DNA from: Chlamydiia bacterium
GTDB lineage: Bacteria > Chlamydiota > Chlamydiia > Chlamydiales > RGXB01
DNA: 64,000 nt
Direction: 5' to 3'
Assembly: GCA_040382515.1 (NCBI GenBank)
Contig: JBEIFH010000001.1
Span: 32,001-96,000, forward strand
A program made the position numbers and the translations under genes. The stretch's first letter is position 1; each line of letters opens with the position of its first letter. The notes under the pieces were generated by a model. It had not been told where the DNA came from. It did not search any database and was given only the letters and a program-made list of their open reading frames with translations. Shown in pieces: positions 38,188 to 48,360 of the stretch.

Positions 38188-39534
38188 ATGAGCGAAAAAA
38201 AGACTATTACGGCGATTGCGACCCCGCCGGGGGACGGCGGAGTGGGGATTATCCGCATAAGTGGCCCAAACGCTGTACCTATCGCAAGCAAAGTTGTCCT
38301 TTTTGACCTCAAAAATGGGGACACCCATAAAGTATATTTTACTAAAGCACTCGATTGTAATGGGGAAGTCCTGGACGAGGTGTTGGTTTTTAAGATGTGT
38401 TCCCCCCGCTCCTTTACCGGGGAAGATGTTGTCGAAATCCAATGCCACGGTGGCCAGCTTATCTGTAAAAAAATTCTTGAATCCTCCCTTGATGCGGGTG
38501 CGGTTCCGGCCCAGCCCGGAGAATTTACACTAAGAGCCTTCATGAATGGCAAAATCGATCTTGCAAAAGCCGAATCGATCCAGATGTTGATCCATGCAAA
38601 AAACACGAGCGCTCTAAAGGTTGCAAAAAATCAGCTTGAAGGGCATCTGTCCGAGAAAATTCTTCACCTTCAAGAAAAGTTATTTTATCTCGCAGCTGTC
38701 ATGGAAGCATCTGTCGATTATCCTGAGGAGGGGCTCGAATTTTTATCTAACGAAGAGTACCTTGATCAGCTTGGCTCATCGATTGCATCTCTAAAGCGCC
38801 TTAGGGATTCATTTTTTACGGGGAGCACTTTAAACACATCCACAAAACTCTGTCTTTTGGGGGCCCCAAACGTCGGAAAATCCTCTTTACTGAATGCCCT
38901 TTTGCAAAAAGAGCGGGCAATAGTCACCCCGATCGCAGGGACAACACGGGATTTAATTGAGGGAGAAATCCAACTTTTTGGGCACCATTTCACCTTGATA
39001 GACACAGCCGGGATCAGGCAAACCGATGAGGTGATTGAACAAGAGGGGATCCGCCGCTCCCTATCTGCAAAAGAATCGAGCGACCTTGTCCTTTTTATCC
39101 TCGACGGCTCGCGCCCTTGTACTCCAGTCGAAAAAGAGCTTCTCGAGAAAGCAGATCCTGCAAAAACAATTGTCGTCACAAACAAATCCGATCTCATGCA
39201 TCCCGAGTCGGAACCAAAAGGGGTGCTGGTGTCTGCAAAAAATCTTTCAGGTATCGATCTACTGCAAAAACTATTGGTGGACTGGATAGAAAATCAGAAT
39301 GGCAAACTCTCAAAAGAGGAGGTCATCTTAGTACAAAAACGGCACTTCGACGCTGTTGAAACTGCACTGGATTTTCTTGATGCAGTGTATCATGGCCTTG
39401 AGACTGGTATTGGGGGCGAGCTCTTGGTGATGGATATTAAGGCAGCCATCCACTCTCTTGCAACCATCATCGGACGGAATGTAACCGAGGAGGTTCTGAA
39501 CCAGATCTTTAGCCATTTTTGTGTGGGAAAGTAG
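38188..39534 (+). CDS. mnmE: tRNA modification GTPase MnmE
   Basis: TITAIATPPG.GGVGIIRISG, GEFTLRAF.NGK, GAPNVGKSS, GTTRD, DTAG, NKSD, FCVGK. Confidence 0.97.
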   Translation: MSEKKTITAIATPPGDGGVGIIRISGPNAVPIASKVVLFDLKNGDTHKVYFTKALDCNGEVLDEVLVFKMCSPRSFTGEDVVEIQCHGGQLICKKILESSLDAGAVPAQPGEFTLRAFMNGKIDLAKAESIQMLIHAKNTSALKVAKNQLEGHLSEKILHLQEKLFYLAAVMEASVDYPEEGLEFLSNEEYLDQLGSSIASLKRLRDSFFTGSTLNTSTKLCLLGAPNVGKSSLLNALLQKERAIVTPIAGTTRDLIEGEIQLFGHHFTLIDTAGIRQTDEVIEQEGIRRSLSAKESSDLVLFILDGSRPCTPVEKELLEKADPAKTIVVTNKSDLMHPESEPKGVLVSAKNLSGIDLLQKLLVDWIENQNGKLSKEEVILVQKRHFDAVETALDFLDAVYHGLETGIGGELLVMDIKAAIHSLATIIGRNVTEEVLNQIFSHFCVGK

Positions 39535-39540
39535 CTTTTT

Positions 39541-40161
39541 ATGCGAAGGATCGACAAAGCTAAAGCGCTTTTACAACTTTTGGATGCCACCTACCCAAAG
39601 GTGGATGTACCGTTAAAACACAATTGCCCGTTCACACTCCTTGTTGCCGTCCTTTTATCCCAACAAAGCACCGATAAAAAGGTCAACGAGATCACCCCTC
39701 TCCTTTTTGAAAAAGCCGACACTCCTGAGAAAATGGTCTCTTTAGGCGTTTTAGAAGTGCAAAAAATAATCCGCCCAATCGGATTGGCGCCGCAAAAAGC
39801 TAAAAACATTGTCTCCCTTTCGTCGATGCTGATCGATCTTTTTGCAAGCAAGGTTCCCCCTACTTTGGAAGAGCTCATGAGCTTGCCCGGAGTTGGCAGA
39901 AAAACCGCTCTTTGCGTTTTAGCACAAGCGTTTCACCAGGACGCTTTTCCCGTTGACACCCACATTTTGCGCCTTGCAAGCCGCTGGGGACTATCAAAAT
40001 CGAAACAGCCGTTGAAAGTAGAAGAAGACCTAAAGAAATGTTTCCCAAAAAAAAGTTGGTCCAAGGTACATCTGCAGATTATTTTTGCCGGTAGAGAATA
40101 CTGCAAGGCTTCCCCCCACTCGTTGCAATCGTGCCCTTTTTGCGCCCTAGTTTCCAAATGA
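39541..40161 (+). CDS. nth: endonuclease III
   Basis: LLVAVLLSQQSTD, LPGVGRKTA (HhH), VDTHI.R, GREYC. Confidence 0.94.
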   Translation: MRRIDKAKALLQLLDATYPKVDVPLKHNCPFTLLVAVLLSQQSTDKKVNEITPLLFEKADTPEKMVSLGVLEVQKIIRPIGLAPQKAKNIVSLSSMLIDLFASKVPPTLEELMSLPGVGRKTALCVLAQAFHQDAFPVDTHILRLASRWGLSKSKQPLKVEEDLKKCFPKKSWSKVHLQIIFAGREYCKASPHSLQSCPFCALVSK

Positions 40162-40189
40162 ATAAAGGGCTTAGACCCTAAGTCTTTTG

Positions 40190-40355
40190 AGATTTTAGCT
40201 AGCGATTGCCCCATTTTCAAAGAGCACCTCCCCTTTTTTGAAAATAGAGATCCTCGTCCAACTTAAAATGTTTTTTAAGATTGAGCTAGCGATTGCCCCA
40301 TTTTCACGAGCACCTCGCCTTTGGGAAAATAGAGATCCTCGTCCAACTTAAAATT
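40190..40355. repeat. imperfect tandem duplication (about 80 bp) of the psd 3' end
   Basis: 40190-40269 and 40278-40355 share AGCTAGCGATTGCCCCATTTTCA, GAGCACCTC and GAAAATAGAGATCCTCGTCCAACTTAAAAT. Confidence 0.92.
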
Positions 40356-41129
40356 TTTCTTCAGCAAAAGCACACACATGGAACCCCCAAAGGAGAATTT
40401 GGCAATCTGCTGCCCCTTTTCGACAAAATCCCCCTCAGCTACATCCAGATGGATCGTACCGACAAAAGTGGCCCCGACAAGAACCATGGCAAAATTTTCG
40501 AATTCGACCAGTACCCTTTTATTTTCATGCAAGATAGCCATATTTTTTCTGATCGCTAGAGGGGATACGGAAAATAGGGGCCCATTGAGTTTACGCACCG
40601 ATAACACTTTTCCGGCTAACGGGGCATGTAGGCGGTGGTAGTCTTGGGGAGCTAATCGGATCGTGAGGATTTTCCCCTCTGCAAATTTCTCGACCAGAAG
40701 CGGATCCTTAACGAGTTTTTCTATTGAAAATTGCCTCCCCTTCACCTCAAAATGGTTTCGATCGACTTCTTTGACCCTACCGTCCGCCGGACTCACAAGG
40801 ACATTTTCCCCATTTTGAATCGGCCTCACTTCGGGTTTTAATGCTCTTTCAAAGAACTCAGAAAAATTTTTAAAGCTTTCCGGGGGGTGTAAAAACTCCT
40901 CCACGTCCACCCCATATTTTTGTATAAATGGGTGAATTGTTTTTTTGCTCAAAGGAGACCTTTGAAAGCTTGCATACATCCATCCCAGGATCGGGAAGTT
41001 TGCTAGTAAAAACCTTGCAATTTTGCTGATTAAATTATCCTTGTACAGCCATATCAGGATCCCTTTTGCAGGGGGATCTTCTTCAACTTCTTGTCGCGTG
41101 TCTCTATTGAGTAAATGGATCGTTGTCAT
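40275..41129 (-). CDS. psd: phosphatidylserine decarboxylase proenzyme
   Basis: F.EFFER.LKP..RPI, SPADG, RLAPQDYHR.H.P, ENKR, VGATFVG.I, F.FGGS autocleavage site. Confidence 0.94.
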   Translation of the reverse strand: MTTIHLLNRDTRQEVEEDPPAKGILIWLYKDNLISKIARFLLANFPILGWMYASFQRSPLSKKTIHPFIQKYGVDVEEFLHPPESFKNFSEFFERALKPEVRPIQNGENVLVSPADGRVKEVDRNHFEVKGRQFSIEKLVKDPLLVEKFAEGKILTIRLAPQDYHRLHAPLAGKVLSVRKLNGPLFSVSPLAIRKNMAILHENKRVLVEFENFAMVLVGATFVGTIHLDVAEGDFVEKGQQIAKFSFGGSMCVLLLKKNFKLDEDLYFPKGEVLVKMGQSLAQS

Positions 41130-41137
41130 AAAAATTG

Positions 41138-41166
41138 ATTATATCTTCAAATTCGTTTATACTCAA
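41138..41166 (-). promoter_or_regulatory. psd promoter (likely leaderless transcript)
   Basis: TTGAGT-17 bp-TATAAT, 8 nt before the ATG. Confidence 0.7.
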
Positions 41167-41188
41167 GGATCAAGGATTAGGTATTTTC

Positions 41189-44167
41189 ATGGTTTTCGAC
41201 CTTTTAAAACGGATATTTGGCACCCAGCAGACCCGTACGGTCCGCAAGTACTTCAAAATTGTGCAAAAGATCAACAGAGAAGAAGAAAAACTCCAGCCCC
41301 TTTCTGATGATGCGATCCGGGCAAAAACGGCCGAATTCCGCACCCGTTTACAGAATGGCGAAACGACCGACGACCTTATGGTTGAAGCTTACGCTGTCGT
41401 GAAGAATGTTTGTAGACGCCTTGTGGGTACGGAGGTACATGTATCCGGTTATGATCAAAAGTGGGACATGATCCCCTACGATGTGCAAATTGTGGGCGCT
41501 ATTGCAATGCACCACCAAACAATTTGTGAAATGCAAACAGGAGAGGGAAAAACCCTCACCGCATCGATGCCGGCCTATCTGCATGGACTTACCGGAAAGG
41601 GTGTCCATGTCGTCACTGTCAATGACTACCTTGCAAAAAGAGACTGTGAATGGATCGGCGTTATCTTCCGTTGGCTTGGGCTTGAAGTACACGCTTTGAC
41701 AAATGAAACCTCTCCGATGGAAAAACAGAGCGTCTATAAATCTGACATCATCTATGGAACCGCTTCGGAATTTGGGTTTGATTATCTTAGAGATAATTCT
41801 ATGGCGCAGGATGCCGACGAGCAATGTCAAAAAAAGCACTATTTTGCCATCATTGATGAAGTAGACTCCATTTTGATCGATGAAGCCAGGACCCCTCTGA
41901 TCATCTCCGGTCCTGCGGGCGAATCGCGGCAGATGTACGATTCCCTCAAAGAGCACGTACACGATCTGGTCGCTTTGCAAAAAAGCCACTGCCAATCTCT
42001 TGCACTAGAGGCCAAAACGCTTTTGAACACTTTGGGTATTTTCAAAGACCTTGAGGAGTTGCCCAAGCTTACCAAAGAGCAGACAAAACTCAAGAATGAG
42101 GCGATCCGCCTCCTTTGGAAGGTTTCCAAAGGGGTCCCTACAAATAAAATTCTTTGCCAAGCTAGGGAATTTCCCGATATACGGGCCGATTTGGAGAACC
42201 TCGAAACCTACCTTCATGCCGAAGTGAACAAGGAAGAGAAGATCGAGCTTTTGACCGACTTGTACTTGATCATAGACGAGCGCTCAAATGACTTCGAGCT
42301 GACGGATAAAGGGATCCATGCATGGAAAGGGGGAAGTGAAGATTTCACCCTGATCGACCTCACCGAAGTTTTTCAAAACATCGATGAGATGCCCCTTTCT
42401 GAAGAAGAGAAGATGAAGGAGCGGGTGAAGGTGCGCGAAGAGGATTCGTTGAAAAAAGAGCGTGCCCACAACTTGCGACAGCTTTTTAGAGCCCATCTTA
42501 CGATGGAAAAAGATGTCGACTACATCATCCAAGACAAAAAAATCATCATTATCGATGAAAATACCGGCCGGCCACAACCGGGGCGCCGTTTTTCCGACGG
42601 ACTGCACCAAGCGATTGAAGCCAAGGAGAACCTCCCGATCCAAAGGGAAACACAGACGTACGCGACGATCACGCTCCAAAACTACTTTAGAATGTACGAA
42701 CGCCTGGCGGGTATGACCGGTACTGCGATGACAGAAGCGACCGAATTCAAACAGATTTACAATCTTGAAGTTTTGCAAATCCCGACAAACCGCCCCAACC
42801 AAAGAGCAGATGCGGACGACGAGATTTACATGACAGAAAGGGAAAAATTCCAGGCAATCCTCAAAGATATCCAGGAAAAGCATCTGATCGGAAGACCAGT
42901 TCTCGTCGGAACCGAGACTGTTGAAGCGTCCGAAAAATTTTCCCGTATTCTACAGCAGGCAGGATTGCCCCATCACGTTTTAAACGCCAAGCAACCCGAA
43001 AAAGAGGCTGAGATCATCGCTATGGCTGGTCAGCAGGGTGCTATCACAGTTTCCACAAACATGGCCGGCCGCGGTACCGATATTAAGCTTACCAAAGAGG
43101 TAGAAAAGCTTGGAGGTCTGCACGTCGTCGGCACCACTCGCCATCAATCCAGACGTATCGACCGGCAGCTGCGTGGCCGCTCAGGACGCCAGGGTGATAA
43201 AGGGAGCTCGAAATTTTATGTTTCGTTCGAAGATCCTTTGATGCGGCTCTTCACCTCACCGAAATTGAGTCAATTTCTAGTCCGTTTCCGCCCTCCTGAA
43301 GGGGAAGCGATTACGGGGGGATTGATCAACCGCTCGATTGAGACGGCTCAAAAGAGGGTGGAACAAAGAAATTACGCTATTCGCAAACATACGCTTGAAT
43401 ATGACGATGTGATGAACCTGCAGCGTCATGAAGTGTACGCTTTCCGTAATGACATCCTCAAAAATCCAAACCCGTTCTCAATTGGAAAAAGGGTGCTTGA
43501 AGGTGTTTGCTCTATTTTGATAGAAAAAGCGTTCCAAAACAGCCCGCGTATCGATGCAGAAGGGATGCGTCGCTTTCAAGAGATGGTATTCGCACACATG
43601 CCTATCCGTTTTACAGAGGAAGAGATACAAAATCGCTATCAATCTGTAGATGAGCTTGAACGACTTTTTGTACAAAAAGCGCTCGAAATGTACGTCAAAA
43701 AATTGGATCATGAGGCAAAAATGATCGCAATGATCCAGACCGCTGCAGGAAAGCACACTGAACCGAACTCTGTCCTTGAGGGAGTCTTACGAAATGTTTT
43801 CATCCGTAATATCGACCATCTTTGGCAGCAGCACCTCCTTTCAATCGACCATCTTCGCACCGAGGTGAGTCTTCTGACTATTGCCCAAAAGGATCCTCTG
43901 CTTGAATTCAAACATGAAGCATTCCGCCTCTTCCTCGGTTTTCGTGAAGAATTGTACCAAGAAATCACTCATGCCCTTTTTTCTTTGCAGATGATGCTTC
44001 CGAACTCGGAAAAACTCCTGGAGACATTAAAGACCATGTCCATCAGAGAGATGCCCACCTTTATCTCTTTGCAAAACTTGGAGTTAGAGGATGCAAAAGC
44101 CGAGGCACTCCCCGATTCGCAAAATCGCTCTCCAAAAGGAATAGCACTAGAGACAGCCCATTCCTAA
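41189..44167 (+). CDS. secA: preprotein translocase ATPase SecA
   Basis: MQTGEGKT, VTVNDYLA.RD, DEVDSILIDEARTPLIISG, GMTGTA, TNMAGRGTDI, QLRGRSGRQGD. Confidence 0.98.
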   Translation: MVFDLLKRIFGTQQTRTVRKYFKIVQKINREEEKLQPLSDDAIRAKTAEFRTRLQNGETTDDLMVEAYAVVKNVCRRLVGTEVHVSGYDQKWDMIPYDVQIVGAIAMHHQTICEMQTGEGKTLTASMPAYLHGLTGKGVHVVTVNDYLAKRDCEWIGVIFRWLGLEVHALTNETSPMEKQSVYKSDIIYGTASEFGFDYLRDNSMAQDADEQCQKKHYFAIIDEVDSILIDEARTPLIISGPAGESRQMYDSLKEHVHDLVALQKSHCQSLALEAKTLLNTLGIFKDLEELPKLTKEQTKLKNEAIRLLWKVSKGVPTNKILCQAREFPDIRADLENLETYLHAEVNKEEKIELLTDLYLIIDERSNDFELTDKGIHAWKGGSEDFTLIDLTEVFQNIDEMPLSEEEKMKERVKVREEDSLKKERAHNLRQLFRAHLTMEKDVDYIIQDKKIIIIDENTGRPQPGRRFSDGLHQAIEAKENLPIQRETQTYATITLQNYFRMYERLAGMTGTAMTEATEFKQIYNLEVLQIPTNRPNQRADADDEIYMTEREKFQAILKDIQEKHLIGRPVLVGTETVEASEKFSRILQQAGLPHHVLNAKQPEKEAEIIAMAGQQGAITVSTNMAGRGTDIKLTKEVEKLGGLHVVGTTRHQSRRIDRQLRGRSGRQGDKGSSKFYVSFEDPLMRLFTSPKLSQFLVRFRPPEGEAITGGLINRSIETAQKRVEQRNYAIRKHTLEYDDVMNLQRHEVYAFRNDILKNPNPFSIGKRVLEGVCSILIEKAFQNSPRIDAEGMRRFQEMVFAHMPIRFTEEEIQNRYQSVDELERLFVQKALEMYVKKLDHEAKMIAMIQTAAGKHTEPNSVLEGVLRNVFIRNIDHLWQQHLLSIDHLRTEVSLLTIAQKDPLLEFKHEAFRLFLGFREELYQEITHALFSLQMMLPNSEKLLETLKTMSIREMPTFISLQNLELEDAKAEALPDSQNRSPKGIALETAHS

Positions 44168-44172
44168 ATATT

Positions 44173-44206
44173 TCTCTTGGTTTTAGGACAACTAAAAACC
44201 AAGAGA
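44173..44206 (+). terminator. hairpin just after the secA stop
   Basis: TCTCTTGGTTTTAG-gacaa-CTAAAAACCAAGAGA; no clear U tract. Confidence 0.45.
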
Positions 44207-44565
44207 GCGCACGGGAATAACAATTCTATCGATGCCAATATAAACGGGGCCCATTCAATACAACGAAAGGGCTCTCCATTTAAAGTTGCTCTGTAGGTCT
44301 GTTTTTAGATTCCGTCTTTCTATTATTCACCGATAAAATTCCAAATAGCAGCTCGAATCACTCAATTTGGCTCTTTTCTTCAAAGATCAGCTTCTCAAAA
44401 GGAATAACTGTAGGTGGCGATTAGATTTTTTTAAATACAGGTTCCCACAACTTACCCTAGATTGGCTATGACCCCTTTTTCACCGGGATTCATTTTGGGC
44501 TGAAAGTATCATTTTGACAGCCTTAATAGGGGGAATGGGACCAAATGAATCCTTTAAACAGGGTC

Positions 44566-45252
44566 TCAGTTTTGATATTTTATGTACAAAACCCTTTTTG
44601 GGTGATCTAAGTCTTCCTCTAAACTAATAACCTGAGACATTTCGAATTTATTTGCGATCCGTACCATTGGGGAGTCGCCGTGTGTGCGCATCACAAAAAT
44701 TAAATTGAATGAGCGGGCTTTTTCTAAAAGAGCTTTTGTAATTTTCGTCGTAATCCCCTTTTTTTGCACAGCCTCGTCTACCATGATTTCGGATAGATAG
44801 AACACCGTTTGCACCTTATGTGCGACCTTTTCTAATGTATTTTGAACTTTTGCCTTCATCTCTAAAGAGTTGTATTTATCTAGCAGTTCTTCAATCAGGC
44901 AGGCATACCCCCAACCGGCTGCAAAAACTTCCCCGCTTTTATCTTCAAATGTGATGATCGTCCCTTTCGGTTTGACCACTTCTTGCATGATGTAGGCACA
45001 GGTGTCTTCTTCAGGATAGACTAATTTTAGCGGCTGACCGCAGTTTGTACAGCACTCAAGCTCAAAAAATTGGGCTCCATAATAATGGCCATTTTCACAA
45101 ACTTTGTACTCGTGCCAAGGGAATCCTGCAAACGCGTGCGCATACAACCTTGCAATTTTACTAATTTGGTTCTTATTAGGTAATTGGGCGTAGCAATACT
45201 CTTGCATCACTAAAGGTTGCGAGAGTGCATCTTGTAAAGATAAAGAAAACAT
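44566..45252 (-). CDS. GNAT-family acetyltransferase with an inserted Cys/His cluster
   Basis: YLSEIMVDEAVQKKGIT acetyl-CoA motif A; FAGFPWHE..CENGH...CCTNCG. Confidence 0.68.
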   Translation of the reverse strand: MFSLSLQDALSQPLVMQEYCYAQLPNKNQISKIARLYAHAFAGFPWHEYKVCENGHYYGAQFFELECCTNCGQPLKLVYPEEDTCAYIMQEVVKPKGTIITFEDKSGEVFAAGWGYACLIEELLDKYNSLEMKAKVQNTLEKVAHKVQTVFYLSEIMVDEAVQKKGITTKITKALLEKARSFNLIFVMRTHGDSPMVRIANKFEMSQVISLEEDLDHPKRVLYIKYQN

Positions 45253-45272
45253 TTAAATTCTTCCTCTTTGTC

Positions 45273-45301
45273 ATCTTACAACTGTTTATTTATACTTGCA
45301 A
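45273..45301 (-). promoter_or_regulatory. promoter of the GNAT gene
   Basis: TTGCAA-17 bp-TAAGAT with an AGAGG Shine-Dalgarno downstream. Confidence 0.6.
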
Positions 45302-45435
45302 TTAAGGTCAAACCGCTATTTTTAATAGAATAAAAAATCTTTGTAATAGTTATAGACTAAAGATCGATTGAAGATACATACCCTCCAAGTTTCTTAAAAT
45401 TCGTATTTTGGGATGAAGAGCATTTGAAATAGGGT

Positions 45436-45798
45436 CTAGTCCAGTCTTTCTTCACGTATAAGACCAAAAAGCAGAAGACTTAAACTAAAAAGTAAAATCC
45501 AAGGCATCCAAAAAGTCTCGATGGTGATTTGGACCTCCTGTCTTTGCCCAACAATCCATAAAAAAAGGGCTAAAGGTGCTGTAGCACCACCCAAAAGGAT
45601 GAAATAGGGGGCTTTTGTCTCCCTTTTTTGAGGAAAAATCTGGACAATCGGTTCTTCTATTTTTTGCTTATAGAAGGGCGTGAAACGCTCCTTTTCGACC
45701 CCGGTTTCAATAAAAGATCCACAGTAGGGACACTCCTCCGAGTAAAAATGGATGAATCCCTCGCAAAAAGGGCATAACCTTGAGTAATGATCCGACAT
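45436..45798 (-). CDS. small zinc-ribbon membrane protein
   Basis: CPFC-x10-CPYC followed by two hydrophobic segments; divergent from lpdA. Confidence 0.72.
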   Translation of the reverse strand: MSDHYSRLCPFCEGFIHFYSEECPYCGSFIETGVEKERFTPFYKQKIEEPIVQIFPQKRETKAPYFILLGGATAPLALFLWIVGQRQEVQITIETFWMPWILLFSLSLLLFGLIREERLD

Positions 45799-46054
45799 AT
45801 TCTTTGCCCCATACCAGTAGGGTCGCATTTGTTTCAACTTTTGAACAAATTTTTCAAAAATAGATCTTGCCCATAGGAGCTAAATTTTTCGGGATGATTT
45901 GCGAATACGTCTGAAAAAAATCAAAAGAGGGCTCCGATACAATTTTTCAAACCGGTCTTATAGTTTTTTTCTTCATTCTTTAGCAGTGATTGATTTAGGA
46001 TGAAGTATTCCTCTATACTTAGAAAAATATATCAAATTTAAACGAGAAGTCCCG

Positions 46055-47449
46055 ATGCGAACCTACGATGTTGTTGTGATTGGAGCCGGCCCGGGTGGGT
46101 ATGTGGCTGCGATTTATGCTGCCCACCAGGGATTCAAAACTGCCCTTATTTCTAAAGAGAAAGATCTAGGGGGGACTTGCTTAAACCGTGGCTGCATCCC
46201 AAGTAAAGCTCTCATCTCCAGTGCCGAGGTGTGTAGAACCGTAACTCAAGAGGCCCAAAAACACGGGATCGAAGTCCAAGGTTCTGTCAAGGTCCATTTT
46301 GATAAGATGAGCGCAAGAAAAGATCAGGTCATACAAACAATGCAGTCTGGCTTAAAAACTACCATTTTGAGTCATGAAGTCGATTTGATTGACGGAATCG
46401 GATCTTTTGAGTCCCAAACGCGGATCAAGGTGCAATCAAATAATGGAACGGAAATGATTGATGCCACCTACATCATCATAGCCACCGGCTCCGAGGTCAC
46501 CGAATTTTCAGGGGTACCGTTTGACCACAAACACATCCTTAGTTCCACATCCATTCTTGATCTCAAGGAACTTCCAAAATCGCTTGCTGTGATCGGTGGC
46601 GGCTATATTGGTTGTGAAATTGCATGTATGATGCGGGGCTTAGGGGTTGAGGTGACCATTATTGAGGCCTTGGACCGTATTATAAAACCCGTTGGCGAGT
46701 CTCCTTCCGAGCAGCTTACACAAAGCCTCACCTCTTTAGGGATCCGCTTAGAATTGTCAAAAAAGGTTATTGGATATGCAATCAACAATGGGACCGTCTC
46801 CTTACAACTCGATTCGAATGAAACCGTACAAGCCGAAAAAGTTCTGGTAGCTATCGGAAGAAGACCTTTCACCGAGGGTTTAAAACTCGATAAGGCAGGG
46901 GTATTTTCAAACTCCAGAGGTTTTATTGAGGTCGATACAGAGATGCGCACCAATATTCCAAATATTTATGCGATAGGCGATGTCAACGGTGTCTTCATGC
47001 TTGCCCATGCAGCCTCCTATCAGGGGAAGGTGGCTGTAGATGCGATGCGTAACGTCCGTCGCTCATTCAATCCCCAACTTGTCCCCCAAGTGATTTTCAC
47101 AAAGCCGGAAATAGCAGTTGTGGGTACTCTAGAAGGGGCAAAGCAGGTCTTTCCCTATAGTGCGAACGGTAAAGCGGTTGCAAGCGCCAAAACTATCGGA
47201 ACCATTACCGTCTATTACGATGAACAAACGAAACGGATCCGTGGTGTCGAAATTGTTGGAGAGCAGGCAACAACAATGATTGCACTGGCTACAATGTATT
47301 TGACGCAAGAGCTGACGCTTGAAACATTTGATACTACTATATTTGCCCACCCTACCTATGCAGAAGCGATTGTAGAACCATTTGAGATGGTCATAGACAA
47401 GCAGATCCATTTCCCACAAAAGAAAAAAAGAAAGGCTGCCTTAGTTTAA
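46055..47449 (+). CDS. lpdA: dihydrolipoamide dehydrogenase
   Basis: IGAGPGGY, GGTCLNRGCIPSK, GGGYIG.E, YAIGDV, LAH.A, HPTYAE. Confidence 0.95.
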   Translation: MRTYDVVVIGAGPGGYVAAIYAAHQGFKTALISKEKDLGGTCLNRGCIPSKALISSAEVCRTVTQEAQKHGIEVQGSVKVHFDKMSARKDQVIQTMQSGLKTTILSHEVDLIDGIGSFESQTRIKVQSNNGTEMIDATYIIIATGSEVTEFSGVPFDHKHILSSTSILDLKELPKSLAVIGGGYIGCEIACMMRGLGVEVTIIEALDRIIKPVGESPSEQLTQSLTSLGIRLELSKKVIGYAINNGTVSLQLDSNETVQAEKVLVAIGRRPFTEGLKLDKAGVFSNSRGFIEVDTEMRTNIPNIYAIGDVNGVFMLAHAASYQGKVAVDAMRNVRRSFNPQLVPQVIFTKPEIAVVGTLEGAKQVFPYSANGKAVASAKTIGTITVYYDEQTKRIRGVEIVGEQATTMIALATMYLTQELTLETFDTTIFAHPTYAEAIVEPFEMVIDKQIHFPQKKKRKAALV

Positions 47450-48360
47450 TGGAACAAGATCCCTTTGATGCAGAACCGGTTTTCAAAAGGAAGATTCCTA
47501 ACGATTACAGATTACGTTTGAAAATCTCCGATTCTAGATTTACAACCGACGCAATCGTTCAAAAATTTGGATTGAATACGGTTTGTGAGGAGGCAAAATG
47601 CCCCAATCGCCATTTTTGCTACTCTCAAAAAACGGCAACCTTTCTGACTTTAGGAAAAGAGTGCACCCGAAATTGCGGCTTCTGCGATATCGATTTCTCT
47701 AAAAACCCAAAACCGCTCGACCCTGAGGAGCCGTTTAAAATAGCAGCTTCCGTCCAAGAACTTGGACTCAAGCATGTCGTCATCACCCAAGTTGCACGCG
47801 ATGACCTTGAGGATGGAGGTGCAGAACAAATGGGAAAAATAGTCGCACAAATTCGATCCCTCAACCCTCAAACATCGGTCGAGCTACTCACCTCCGATTT
47901 TTTTGGAAACAACGACGCCCTAGAATCTATTTTTTCTCTCAAACCTGACGTTTTTAACTATAATATTGAAACTACAAAGCGCCTCACCCCAAAAGTACGC
48001 CACAAAGCGACTTATGAACGTACCTTATCTATTTTAAAAAAAGCGCATGAAGCCGGATTGGTCACAAAGTCGGGTCTTATGGTTGGACTGGGCGAGACCC
48101 TTGAAGAGATCTTTGAAACACTTGAAGATCTAAAATCGGTCAATTGCACCATGGTGACTGTTGGACAATATTTACAAGCAGGGCTCACAAAACTTCGGGT
48201 AAAAAGGTTCTATTTAAAAGAAGAATTTGACCTTATCCGTAAAAAAGGTTTAGAAATAGGAATTCCAGAGGTGTATAGCGGCCCCTTTGTCCGGTCAAGT
48301 TATAACGCAAAAGAGTTTTTAGAACATGCAAGACAGACAACCTTTCACTTTAGCGATTGA
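47449..48360 (+). CDS. lipA: lipoyl synthase
   Basis: CEEAKCPNRHFC, CTRNCGFC, RDDL.DGGA, KSGLMVGLGE, GQYL, VRSSY. Confidence 0.96.
   Translation: MEQDPFDAEPVFKRKIPNDYRLRLKISDSRFTTDAIVQKFGLNTVCEEAKCPNRHFCYSQKTATFLTLGKECTRNCGFCDIDFSKNPKPLDPEEPFKIAASVQELGLKHVVITQVARDDLEDGGAEQMGKIVAQIRSLNPQTSVELLTSDFFGNNDALESIFSLKPDVFNYNIETTKRLTPKVRHKATYERTLSILKKAHEAGLVTKSGLMVGLGETLEEIFETLEDLKSVNCTMVTVGQYLQAGLTKLRVKRFYLKEEFDLIRKKGLEIGIPEVYSGPFVRSSYNAKEFLEHARQTTFHFSD

Noticed and set aside
39933..40220. 95-aa minus-strand ORF beginning MKMGQSLAK
   Set aside because: Its start derives from the duplicated psd tail and the rest is antisense to nth.
41348..42883. Long antisense ORFs (215 and 199 aa) inside secA, and similar shadow ORFs elsewhere
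   Set aside because: They lie fully opposite well-conserved genes and have no motifs, as expected from codon bias.
41189..44167. SecA with an internal insertion and no C-terminal zinc motif
   Set aside because: This is consistent with ordinary chlamydial SecA.
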